Translations under genes and position numbers: made by a program
NCBI RefSeq assembly: GCF_006345805.1
Contig: NC_043005.1
Location: 42,780,001 to 42,844,000 of the forward strand
Direction of reading: 5' to 3'
Source of the DNA: Octopus sinensis
Lineage: Eukaryota
DNA length: 64,000 nucleotides
The notes under the pieces: generated by a model
What the model was told of the DNA's origin: nothing
The model's database searches: none
What the model saw: only the letters and a program-made list of their open reading frames with translations
Part shown: positions 1 through 12,356 of the stretch, piece after piece
Numbering within the stretch: position 1 is the first letter of the stretch
Layout: each line of letters starts with the position of its first letter

Positions 1-404
1 CCAACAAAATTAAAACATAGATGTTAAAAATTGTCAAACAATCAGTTCATCTATTATTGAGGCACAATTATAATTTTGAAGGACTAATTGTAGCATAGTT
101 GCTTCCCTTTTTGTTTATCTATGTGCTAGTTGTTGCTTGTAATTATGTATGTGTATAAGTGTATGCATATACATATTACTATGTGTGTATGTGCGATTGA
201 TCTGTAGATGCGTGTGTGAATATTGGCGTTCCCTGACTAACCAACCGTATAATTTTCTTTTGTGATTTAAATTTCAAACCAATAGCCAATCGAATTAATC
301 TATAGTTTCTTTACCTAGTGGTCAGCATTTCTTAACTCATAGTTATTTCGATCTTGTAAGGATGGACTTGGTGCTAACTTAACTGTATCTATTTTTTATT
401 AATA

Positions 405-453
<49 letters not shown>

Positions 454-796
454 AGTAATTTTTATTAACTTTTATAGCTTTAGAATCTTATGAACTGTAC
501 CACGGATTAAAAGATTATTTTTCATCTCCATATATGTTAGCCTTTTTTTTTTTTTTTATATAAAAAAAACTATTAGCCAAATATGTATAATATCGGTACT
601 TATTGATATTAATATACACTATTATATATTTTGTTTTATTTTGTTCTTTTACCTTCCTTTTTGTAAAAAGTGTGTATTATATTATATAAGTGTAGCTTTA
701 TGATGTATAAGTTTTTATATTTACATTTTTATATTTTTATATTTATATGTATATGATTGTATAATATTTTTCACTATTATAACAAATTTAATTTAA

Positions 797-907
797 TTCT
801 CTGAAGAGGCCGTGGGATCCTTTGTTAATGCCTCATTTATACCTGCCTTTATGGCTTATAGGTTAAATGAGGTATGACTGTCCTCACTGCCGAAACAGCT
901 GTCAGTT
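797..907 (+). ncRNA. Type I hammerhead ribozyme motif with extended stem II
   Basis: CTGAAGA 801-807, GAAAC 892-896, palindromic loop AGCT, GTC 901-903; stem II GGC/GCC plus inner TGCCTCATTTA/TAAATGAGGTA; stem I only about 2 bp. Confidence 0.7.
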
Positions 908-1094
908 TTGATTTATTTGCATATTATATTTGAAAATTTTTTACTTATATCTCTTTATCTTGTTACTATTACTGTATATCTCATTTCATTTTATGTATTG
1001 CCTTTACTCATATGTAATGGTGTATTAAAGTATGGATTGAGTATCATCGGATAGTTGATGTTTTACTGATTTAAGTATATTTCTCCATTCTCTA

Positions 1095-1605
1095 ATTTTG
1101 TAGTTATATATATATTATATATATATATATACATGCATGTATATATATGTATATATGGATATACGTATATATGTATATATATGGATTTATATATTTTTAT
1201 GTACATAAATATATATATATGTATATATATGTATGTATATATATGTATATATATATGTGTATGTGTATATATATATGCAAGTAGATATATATGTATGTAT
1301 GTATATATATGTATATGTGTATAGATATGTATGTATATACATATATGTTTGTGTATATATACGTGTGTGTGTGCATGCATATATATGTATATGTATGTAT
1401 ATGTACATATATATCTACCGAATATATAAATATATACACTGTAAATATATACAGAGAGAGGGGACAAACGAAAGAAAAAGGCACTCAACACATTTACATG
1501 GAATTACATATATTACTTAATATAGTTTGATTCGCCTCCATTTGGCTTCAGGCTTCGCAGGCTTCTAACACCATATATATATATATATCTATAATATATA
1601 TATAT

Positions 1606-1660
<55 letters not shown>
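1095..1660. repeat. (TA)n-rich microsatellite; representative of more than 25 such tracts (for example 18270-18500, 28010-28190, 41530-41830, 45550-45775)
   Basis: Direct reading. Confidence 0.95.
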
Positions 1661-1662
<2 letters not shown>

Positions 1663-1663
1663 A

Positions 1664-2981
1664 ACAAAGCAGATATGCCTTTAGTCTTGACGTTGTCTCA
1701 ATGTACACAGCGGTGCCAGCACTCTCGGTAGGCAACCTATTGAACGACTGCATAACAGCGTCCGACATCCAATTCTTCGGACTTACCGCTGCTGATATAC
1801 ATCAACTTTTGTCCATCATCGTGGACAGCACCTACTTCTCTTTCCAGGACCACATATACAAACAACCAACAGGTACCCTCATGGGATCCGGTCTCTCAGA
1901 CACTTTATGCATTAATACATTCATGCATCCATATAGTAAAATCTCGTTTCATCCGATCTTATATACATATAATACACATTCTCACTTTTTACTCATAACT
2001 GTAGTGAAATAAGTGCGCTTACACACACACACACATGAACCATCTGGAACGTCGAGCACTCAACATCTGTCGCTCATGTGCCTCCTTCTCCAAGTACGTA
2101 GATGACATCCTCATACTCACATCCCCCCGTGAAGAGTCTGACAGAATATTTACGAGGTTCAATAACATGGACATGAACATAAAGTTCCCTATAGAACATC
2201 CCGACATCACTGGATCGCTATAACTACCTGACTTCAAACTGAATATAACGGAAGAAGGGGAGATCCGCACCGAGTTCTACAGGACAGCAGCCAGTTGAGA
2301 TATGTTTGTCCAATGCAATTCAGCATTTCCACTTGGTGGCAAAATAGGATACGCCAGAAATGAACTTGCACGCATCCAGGGCAAGTGCAGCGGAACGGAG
2401 AAAAAGGTGATCCACACTACACGATTCCTAGATATATTAAATCTATTGTAAATCGGCTTAAGTACCCAAGCCGACCAACACGCCGAACACATAGAAAACC
2501 CAGCAACACATGCTTCCTTAAAATACTCCATTTTAGCGAGTGAATAACTACATCCATCCGAGGACCATAAGAAGAGAAGGGCTAGACATACAACTAGCCC
2601 ATTCCGGCCCCTCTCTGAAAGGACACCTCGCAAAGAAACGAACAAGGGACAACACTAAATGTACTCTAACAAACTGTCCCATCCGTGACACAGATTTATG
2701 CCAACGGGTAAATTTTGTGTATAGAATACAATGTAACAAATGCAACTAGTTCTATGTGCGTAGCACAACAAGACCGTTCCACGTCTGCATCTGAACACGA
2801 GTCCTCCTCCTTCAGAAAACCTCAAGACAGATGCCGGAACACCGAAAAGAGCATAACAGTCACAATTGAGGCCAATGAAAGAAATTTGGGTAATTTAAAA
2901 ATTAAGGAAGCTATGCTCATACACAGAATAGGGCCCTAAATTAACAACAAGCTGGAAGTTGGTAATCTATATATTATTTAG
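1664..2981 (+). mobile_element. Decayed Penelope-like retroelement ORF (5'-truncated RT plus C-terminal GIY-YIG endonuclease), with stops and frameshifts
   Basis: Translation gives SLDVVSMYTAVP, QPTGTLMGSGLSDTL, SKYVDDILIL, then a Cys-rich linker CTLTNCPIRDTDLC, VYRIQCNKCN*FY and LKIKEAMLIHRIGP ending at TAG 2979-2981. Starts right after (TA)n. Confidence 0.88.
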
Positions 2982-3545
2982 CTACATCTGGATGCGTGGA
3001 GCTTCATTTTTGATAATATGCTCATCTGTAGTTTATAGCAAAAAATAAAAGAAGAAAGAGAAGAGAATAATAAAGGAAGGGAACAAAAAAGAAAGCTGCA
3101 CGTATAATATATAACTTAGAAGCAGCGCTACGGATGTACCAGCACACACGAGATTGAGACATGGCCGACATTTGAAGATGGTTTAAAGAAAGAGAAATGG
3201 TACATACAGGGCGTCGTGTATACTCAGTGTGGTTGGGTGTCGATGAGGGTTTTTAATTTTGGCTTCATTTATGAATTATGTCCTTTCTGAATTATCTGCT
3301 TGCTAGCAAAAGGCCTATTTTTATACTTAGTGCCATTTCTCATGGTTCACTCAAACCAAGATGCCTTGATTCGGATTGAAGACACTTTATGCACTAATAC
3401 ATCCATGCATCCATATAGTAAAATCTCGTTTCATCCGATCTTATATACATATACACATTCTCACTTTTTACTCATACTCATAACTGTAGTGAAATAAGTG
3501 CGCTCACACATACACACGCACTCACACACATACATACACACTTTT
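2982..3545 (+). mobile_element. Probable 3' UTR/pLTR of the Penelope-like element, ending in (CA)n
   Basis: Follows the ORF stop; 3380-3520 is near-identical to 1898-2034 inside the RT. Confidence 0.55.
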
Positions 3546-4046
3546 ATCTATCGCTTCCTTTTTTTCATCACTCTTCCACCCCACCTCTCTTGCAGATAAT
3601 TATATACGTTTTTACTCTATATCGCATTTGATAATGCAATCCTCTCTATTACAGTAAATGGCAAATAAGGGAGAGCATCCGATGAAATATCTTGCGGTAA
3701 TTACTATTGCTTGTTTCCGTTCTCTGTTTTACCTCAATCGTACAGTTGAATAGCATTATTGCGTTTATCACTTGCACAAAGTTTTGTTGCCTTGAGCGAA
3801 TTAGAAATTTTAAAAATTTCTTTAACAAATACCATAGAATAGAGACCTTCAGTTTCCTGACTTTGAAAAACAATAACCAAAGCTCTCTGTAATAACACTA
3901 TACAATCTTAATATAGGAGGGATAAAGGCGACAAGTTAGCAAAATCCTTAACACAGCAGGCAAAATGCTTAACGGCATTTCGTCCGTCTTTATGTTCTGG
4001 GTTCAAATCTCGCCGTGGTCAACTTTTCGTTTCATCTATTCGGGAT

Positions 4047-4575
4047 CAATAGAATCACGCCCTCATACACACCTTTTTTTGCTTTCGTACTCAACATTTT
4101 ATCTCACAGCATACCTTTCACAACTGCCAGTATCTTACACCCCTCACTCAGTCCTTATCCCACCTCCTCAGGCAACCCACCCTCATCCGCCGTCACATGT
4201 GATCCCAGATACTTAAAAACACTCACCTCCTCTAACATCTCACCATTTATAATCACATTCATCCTACCAGCCATTCCATCTCTCGAACATCTCATCACCT
4301 TACTCTTAGCTACATTCACTTTCAGTTTCCTTCTCTCACACACTCTTCCAAACTCTACCCCCTATCTCCTCACTTGCTCTTCCAAATCTGCCATCAGTGC
4401 TGTATCATCAGCAAACAACACCTGACTCACTTGCCAGTTCTCTCCATTTTCTCCCACCATTTGGGCTCCCCTACCAAAGGTTCTAGCATTTGCCTCTCTC
4501 ACCACACCATCCACATATAAATTAAACAGCCACGGAGATATCACACAAAACCCTGTCTTAATCCTACCTTCACAT
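4047..4575 (-). mobile_element. RTE-clade LINE internal RT fragment
   Basis: SPWLFNLYVDGVVRE...QVLFADDTALMAD, then CERRKLKVNVAKSKVM...LEEVSVFKYLGSHVT. Confidence 0.85.
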
Positions 4576-5339
4576 CAAGGAGGAATAATATATTCGATAA
4601 TGTAGTCCTTGATACACTGTACCTAAAAGGATAAGATTGTCACGATTACATCTATTTTAATCACAGTTCAACGCTGTCCTGAAGCTACACAACAAACGCT
4701 CGAACATTTTTGTTTTTTTCTTATCTCGGACTGACAATTATATACTCTGAACTCACATCTCTGTTTTACACGGCACTTCTTTTTACTCTTTTGCTCCAAT
4801 GCGTATTCTTAAGAAACAAAACAAAACATCTATATGTATTCACATTTATTTACTGTTTTCTACCGCCATCTAAGTTTAAATACCACTAATAAAAAGTGTA
4901 CAATGTCATTGAGTTACGTGGCGGAATAGTGAGATAACATTGCTAGATTTATCTTTTCTTTTTTGTCTTGCTTTTTCGCTTTAATGCTAGTTCTGTCAAA
5001 GTCTTTCTGGGACTAGCGAGATTCATTCTTTTTGAACAGCAGTAAGTTCTGAAGACGAAAAATAATTAGGAAAATCGATAAGTAAATTGTGCCTTAAGAA
5101 GGGAAACAATAAAGGCGAAGAGATGAAAAGTTGGCGAGACGCATGCGCCTTGTGAATAGTGATCGAACAGAATTAATGATCAAAGGGTTTGATAAAAAAA
5201 AAACTGGCTATAATAGACCCAGATGTGACTGAGTAGTAAGAAGCTTACTTCCCAATCACAATATTCCAGGTTCAGTCCCATATGCAAACATCATTACTAT
5301 CTATTAAAGGAAGGGTGACAAATCGGAATGTATGATTAT

Positions 5340-6700
5340 GTCACACTGTCTGCTAACTGATCTTACAGAAAGAAATCTTCTGGAAAACCAGTGCGTCTTT
5401 CTCTTAAACAGAGGCACACTTGACATGACTTTCGTAACTCGCCTCCTCCCAGAAAAAGATAAGAGAACAGCAACGTAAGATCTCTTACACCTTCTTTGAT
5501 CTTACAAAAGCATTCGACCTTGTTTATAGAAATATGTTATGGAAACTAGCAAACAATTGTGGATGTGCTCTGATCTTCGTCGCAATCCTGGATTATTTTC
5601 ACGAAGGTATGGAAGCAAAAGATACCGCCGGAGGAAATACGTTAGAAGTATTTGACGTACTAGTTGGGCTAAAACAGAGATATGTCCTCGTACCTAGCCC
5701 CTTCGATATCTACCTGGTTGCTGTGACTCTCTTATCCAGAATCGGTATTGCTTCTCAAGATGGCATTAATATTCGGCAATGTTTGGACGGCAGTTTTTTT
5801 TTAATACAAGACGGCTTATGTCAGTTTCTAAAACGTCAACACTCGCTGTTTTTTAACTTCAGTATACTGATGATTTATCTGTTATAGCTCATAACCCATC
5901 TCACCCCCAGAACATTGTGTCGTCCTGCACAATGCTTATACATAACTGGGACTTACCATCAACACTCCCAAACCTGCAAATTCCACTCTCAGACAGGGAG
6001 CTTCCTCAGGCACTGCATGTAAACAATATACCTCTGAAAGATACACGACCCTTCTACTATCTTAGAAGTATATTTTTGGATTCAGCACTTATTGATGAAG
6101 ATATTACCAACTGCATCAACGTGGCTGCTTCTTAGTTTACAAGTCTCAGATCTATGGTATTCGCCTACTGAAGTCTGCCCTTCATACCCAAATTGTAGTG
6201 TATTGAGCTGTTGTGGTATCACCACTGTTGCATGGCAGTGAATGCTGAACACTTTAAAGACAACATATTAAATAACCTGAAGCTTTTCATGTTCGGTGCC
6301 TTCAAAAAATTCTTGGTATCTCTTGGGAACAAAGGATTCTCTACCACAATTTCCTTAATCGAGCAGGAATTACAAGTATTGAATACATCTTCAACCATCG
6401 TCTTCTGCACTGGGTCGGACATATAATCCGGCTGCCTGAAAATCGCCTTCCGAAGATTGTTTATTTTGGAGAACTCAAAACTGGAGATTGCCTTCATGGG
6501 AACACCAGAAAAGCGATACAGAGATCAGTTGAAAATTCTTCAAGTCGTCACAATTTCTTTCTCCCAGCTTCGAGATTTCTCACAAGACAAAAAAGATTTG
6601 GCGCAGCATTTACGACGAAGTGGTCAAAGCCTTCGAGCAACGTCGACACCGCCATCTGGAGGAACAATGACAACGTCAGCATGAATCCTGAAACCAACCA
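5340..6700 (+). mobile_element. Decayed RTE-clade LINE (RT and C-terminal region)
   Basis: FFDLTKAFDLVYRNMLWKL, VGLKQRYVLVPSPFDIYL, DEDITNCINVA, HWVGHIIRLPENRLPKI, KRYRDQLK across broken frames. Confidence 0.8.
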
Positions 6701-6729
6701 ACACTATCTAGACATTTTTCCTTTCTCTA

Positions 6730-6923
6730 TGTGAGCTTATTGAAAAGTTCTTGATTATAAGGATATCACGAAAGGGCTGGTTCCTTTACAGGGCTTAGAA
6801 AACTGAAGGACCGCTGCAATAAGTATGCGAATCTGAAAGGGGAATATGTTGAATAAAAATCATAATTAGCTGATCCTTCCGTATTTTCTTTTACCCAAAG
6901 CCAGGAACGTTTCAGCAACCGCT
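6730..6923. mobile_element. Mariner-derived MITE, about 200 bp (copy 1)
   Basis: Degenerate TIRs tgaaaagttc/gaacgtttca, TA flanks; body matches 44460 and 48693. Confidence 0.7.
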
Positions 6924-7023
6924 TATATTTACCGCAGAATTTGTGTATCTGAAATTGGACTGAACAGTCAGTCGTATGTGAGCTCACCAAATAAGACAAT
7001 ATCGTTAGCAAATCTAACGAGCA

Positions 7024-7072
<49 letters not shown>

Positions 7073-7225
7073 ACTACTTTCCGTTTCCATCAAACAAATC
7101 ACTCACAAGACTTCAGTCGGTCCGGGTTATAGTAGAAGACGCTTTTCCCAAAATGCGCGAAGTAGGACTGAACCGAAGACCAAATGGTTGACAAGCAAGT
7201 TTTTTAACCATACAGTCATGTTTAT

Positions 7226-7274
<49 letters not shown>

Positions 7275-7517
7275 ACACATACACAGACACATATATACAT
7301 ACATGCAAGCAGATATCCATACACATATACGTCTGCGTGTGTTTTGGTATATGTATGTGAGTTTGTGAACTAATGTTGTTTACATGTTTACAAGCGTAAA
7401 CAGCGTCGGGAAAATTTAAATTTTTTCCACCTTCATAGTTGCAGGCTATCTAATTATATATTCACTTGTGATACGATGACTTCTATTATTAGTGTTCTGT
7501 ATCTGCTTTGAAAGAGA

Positions 7518-7597
<80 letters not shown>

Positions 7598-7901
7598 TAT
7601 TTAAGATATTACTACAAACTTAACATATACGCTCTTGTAATGGATTTTAGAGTTGGCTGCTTACTTGTTGTATGTAGGTGGTTAACTAATGTAACTAAGC
7701 AGCAAATTGGAAATTTAACTTTGATAGAAAATGCTGACTAAACATTTTATGCAACACTTGTTGCATAAAATGATTTAAAATAGTACAAACTTAAAAGGTG
7801 GTACCAGCTAATAATCTGCTTTCAGCATTATGAAGAATATACGCCGTGTGTATCTAAGCACACTTACACACAGCTATGCATAGTTGCATACATACACACA
7901 A

Positions 7902-7961
<60 letters not shown>

Positions 7962-8000
7962 TATATATACGCGAGAAAGAAGCAACAAGAATGGATAGGT

Positions 8001-8091
8001 TTTTAGTACAATCGTTTCATACAAGGACAGGCTTTATTAAAAGTTGCAAAAATTACAGCATATAAACGTGTCCCGTACTCATCAGCTAAAA
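8001..8091 (-). ncRNA. Mirror copy of the hammerhead motif in the inverted arm
   Basis: Reverse complement of 10147-10237. Confidence 0.7.
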
Positions 8092-10146
8092 TACATGTGA
8101 GTTCTCTAGACATCCTAGTGGTTGAGGCTATACTCATGAAGTAATGTAGATAATTAAGTAACATAACAGATTTCCAAAGTTCATTAAAGTTCTTTAAAGA
8201 TGATGTACAGTCTTATCACAGAATTTTAAAAAAGTTTCAATAGCATCACAGAGAAGGTGACCTAATCCATAGTGCACATATGAATTTCCAGAGATATGAT
8301 GAGGGATTACATACTCACAGAAGACAAATTTATCCATTGTTAATCACAACGAGGTGGGTCTCAATTCCTGCCTATTAGCATTACAAAGAGGGTGAATTAA
8401 TCCTTTGTATAGATGCACAATTTCCAATGGTGTAGATGTAAATTTCCAGAGAAATGAAGAGGAATTTCATATTCACAGGCGATAAATTTATCAATGGTTG
8501 AACACAATGAGGTAGGTATCAATTCTTGTTATATGATTAGGTATTTGCCACATTAATCACATTACTGCTATTTACAAGAGGCTGTAGCTATTTAACTTTT
8601 AAAGGCTGAAGGGCTTTCTAGAGAGGCAAAGAATAGAAAAGGGAAGGGAATAGAAGAAAAGAGAGAAAATAAAGGAGGAGGGAGCAAAAAGGGGGGGGGA
8701 GGGACTAAAAGAGAAGAGAAAAGAAAAAAGAGAGAAAAAGAGAATAAGAAGAAGAAAAAGAAAAAAGAGAAAAGAGAAAGAATAGGGAAAGAAGGGAACA
8801 AAGAAAAGAAAAAAAGAGGGTTCTAGTTATACAGAAGAATTAGTAGACGGCAAGTCTGGTTTTAATTTACAGGCATCTAGGAACTAGAGGAGAATATTAT
8901 TCTTTGACCAGTAAAACAGCTAATTTAATGCTGTTGAAATCAGCTATGAATTTAAAGAGAATCTAAAGAGATAACACAGTCAGGGGTTTAGGGGTCAGAT
9001 GCTAAAATCAAAAGAAAATACATTAGGAAAATCTAAGTATAATCTTATCAAAAAGTCATTAAAATTACTTATTTAATTTATTCATTTTATTGTCTTAAGG
9101 AGTTGCCGTTATTATAATAATAACGGCAACTCCTTAAGACAATAAAATGAATAAATTAAATAAGTAAATTTTAATGACTTTTTGATAAGATTATACTTAG
9201 ATTTTCCTAATGTATTTTCTTTTGATTTTAGCATCTGACCCCTAAACCCCTGACTGTGTTATCTCTTTAGATTCTCTTTAAATTCATAGCTGATTTCAAC
9301 AGCATTAAATTAGCTGTTTTACTGGTCAAAGAATAATATTCTCCTCTAGTTCCTAGATGCCTGTAAATTAAAACCAGACTTGCCGTCTACTAATTCTTCT
9401 GTATAACTAGAACCCTCTTTTTTTTCTTTTTCTTTGTTCCCTTCTTTCCCTAATTCTTTCTCTTTTCTCTTTTTTCTTTTTCTTCTTCTTATTCTCTTTT
9501 TCTCTCTTTTTCCTTTTCTCTTCTCTTTTAGTCCCCTCCCCCCCCCCTTTTTGCTCCCTCCCCTTTTATTTTCTCTCTTTTCTTCTATTCCCTTCCCTTT
9601 TCTATTCTTTGCCTCTCTAGAAAGCCCTTCAGCCTTTAAAAGTTAAATAGCTACAGCCTCTTGTAAATAGCAGTAATGTGATTAATGTGGCAAATACCTA
9701 ATCATATAACAAGAATTGATACCTACCTCATTGTGTTCAACCATTGATAAATTTATCGCCTGTGAATATGAATTCCTCTTCATTTCTCTGGAAATTTACA
9801 TCTACACCATTGGAAATTGTGCATCTATACAAAGGATTATTCACCCTCTTTGTAATGCTAATAGGCAGGAATTGAGACCCACCTCGTTGTGATTAACAAT
9901 GGATAAATTTGTCTTCTGTGAGTATGTAATCCCTCATCATATCTCTGGAAATTCATATGTGCACTATGGATTAGGTCACCTTCTCTGTGATGCTATTGAA
10001 ACTTTTTTTAAAATTCTGTGATAAGACTGTACATCATCTTTAAAGAACTTTAATGAACTTTGGAAATCTGTTTATGTTACTTAATTATCTACATTACTTC
10101 ATGAGTATAGCCTCAACCACTAGGATGTCTAGAGAACTCACATGTA

Positions 10147-10237
10147 TTTTAGCTGATGAGTACGGGACACGTTTATATGCTGTAATTTTTGCAACTTTTA
10201 ATAAAGCCTGTCCTTGTATGAAACGATTGTACTAAAA
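10147..10237 (+). ncRNA. Type I hammerhead ribozyme motif
   Basis: TTTTAG-CTGATGAG...GTAT-GAAAC-GATT-GTA-CTAAAA; 6-bp stem I, intact core. Confidence 0.75.
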
Positions 10238-10390
10238 ACCTATCCATTCTTGTTGCTTCTTTCTCGCTTATAATCACCCCACATTACTGTATTGTTAAAA
10301 CAGTATAGTTTTTTTTGGTGCATCTAAGTTAGGTACCATATTCAAGTAAATTCATTTAAATTAACTTGAATCTTATTGCTTTTTGTATAT

Positions 10391-10443
<53 letters not shown>

Positions 10444-10777
10444 ACATATATATTATATGTGTGTGTGTGTGTTGTGTGCACATGCATGTATGAATATACA
10501 CACACATATGTAGAGACATATATTTATTCATATACACACACACACACACAAACACACACATATATATGTATATATATAAATTATATATTTATACATTTGC
10601 ATGCATATGCATGCATATGCATATATATATATATATATATACACACTTACACTCGCATATTTATAATCATTTATATGTACATAGATAGGTAAACATACAT
10701 TTATACATAGACATGTATATATATATAAATATGTATGTATGCATATATATTTATATATGTGTATACATGTATAAACG

Positions 10778-11000
10778 TGGAGGTACGTAGCCAAGTGGTT
10801 AGAGTGTTACAAGATCGCTAGTTCGCGGGTTCGATTCCCGGAGGACCGGACGGTACGTTGCGTTCTTGAGTAAAATATTTCATTTGACGTTGCTCCAGTT
10901 CACTCAGCTGGCAATATTGAATCAGACCTTTGACGGACCGGCGTCCCATCCAGGGAGCAGGGAACATATATATGACAGAATTCGGGAAGCAACGTTTGTG
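10778..11000 (+). mobile_element. tRNA-headed SINE (family D-like, degenerate)
   Basis: A-box-like tagccaagtggtt, B-box GGGTTCGATTCCC, CORE-like ttcttgagtaaaa. Confidence 0.6.
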
Positions 11001-11232
11001 AACCTAAGATTGTGAATGATCGTTGGACCACGTGTGTATCGTTGGCGATTTTCTTTCTCCGTCTTCCCTTCCTTGGGCTTTTCCTTTTTTTTTTCTATAT
11101 TACTGACGAAGAGTTCCGCTCGAAACGTTAAATCCTCCTTTTCTTTCCTGAGCGTCCAATAACACTATACTTGCTGAACGTCCTCGCGTTGTTGTGTTTT
11201 CTCTTAGTTCATGTTTGGATTATATATATATA

Positions 11233-11612
11233 CACTTGCGTCAGAAATTGATTAGCACTTCTCAAATTTCTACATTAAATAGGTTAAATCAATTGACCTA
11301 TGAGCTGTTCAAAACGTCTTACGCGATGAGAAAACTTAGTATGGTGTGATTTCGGTCCTTGCGAGGCGCTACCTATATCTATTAAACAAAGGAAGATTTG
11401 TCTGCATCCGCACTCCAAGTTGTTGTTGCACTGCTATGTCAACATCATAAGGCTGTAGACTCTCAAACTGCTCTGCAAACAAAGTTACGTCATCGTTCTG
11501 CGCAACAGTGAACTCGCAACAAAGCAATAGTTCGAGATATGGCCACTAGGTGACAGCACATACCTTGAGTGAAGAGCAAATCAAGGGTGCTAATTAATTT
11601 CTGACGGTAGTG
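11233..11612. mobile_element. Tc1-like MITE
   Basis: TIRs cacttgcgtcagaaattgattagcac / gtgctaattaatttctgacggtagtg, with TA on both sides. Confidence 0.75.
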
Positions 11613-11635
11613 TATATATATATATATATATATAT

Positions 11636-11957
11636 TTCGTTTTTAGATTTGGTTTGCAAGATTCTTTATATGAGTTCGTGTGTTGAAGCTTATTCTGTTG
11701 TGTCTGAGGTGAGTCATTTTATTTCAGTAACACACTCACCGGTAAAATTTCCACATATTTCTTATTTTTATTTTCCTATAGTTTTCGTTGCGTCTTGCAA
11801 CCTTTTTAAGAGTCTTGACTCTCAAGACTATTGTAAAGGTTTGCAAGACGCAACGAAAATTTTAGGAAAATAAAAATAAGAAATAAGTGGAAATTTTACC
11901 GGTGAGTGTGTTACATTATAAGGCACAAAAGGAAAATGACTCTCCTCAGACACGACA

Positions 11958-11958
<1 letters not shown>
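11636..11958 (-). mobile_element. Fold-back insertion in (TA)n, diverged arms (11695-11818 / 11822-11958)
   Basis: Inverted arms centred on agtcttga-ctc-tcaagact, with a unique tail to the left; (TA)n on both sides. Confidence 0.7.
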
Positions 11959-11995
<37 letters not shown>

Positions 11996-12283
11996 AGTCC
12001 TTCCTTTGGTCATGAATGACCATGGGATTACACCTAGAAAGTTACCCTCCCAAGTCTAGGTAAGATTGTTTATGGAAAACCAGCAGTCGCTCATGCATAC
12101 AAGCCTCCCTTCTCCACACTATCGATGGTATCCAAGGGAAAGGCAAAGACCAGCGGCTAGGCAAAGATAAGCTTCAACCAAAGCTATATATATTGTATGC
12201 ATATTGTTGCATATGAATGTGTAAAAACTGGTGTAACTAAATGTTGATGTATGTATGAATGTTGATACGTATTCATGTGTGCT

Positions 12284-12356
<73 letters not shown>

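Larger units (their letters stand above)
7971..10385 (+). mobile_element. Fold-back insertion of a hammerhead-bearing (Penelope-like) element: inverted arm 7971-9115, sense copy 9117-10385
   Basis: About 1.15 kb near-perfect inverted arms with a 1-nt spacer at 9116, flanked on both sides by (TA)n; 3' tail homologous to 18841-18960 (minus) and 54285-54403. Confidence 0.75.

Noticed and set aside
1063-1530. Long ORFs rich in Y/I/H/T (also 10366, 18170, 23334, 38791, 45401 and others)
   Set aside because: Translations of (TA)n/(CA)n/(GATA)n tracts that lack stops by composition
2400-2800. In-frame stops in the Penelope ORF as possible selenocysteine recoding
   Set aside because: The stops I checked include TAA/TAG and come with frameshifts, consistent with ordinary decay
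3350-3392. Possible hammerhead in the Penelope 3' tail
   Set aside because: Neither CUGANGA nor GAAAC is intact
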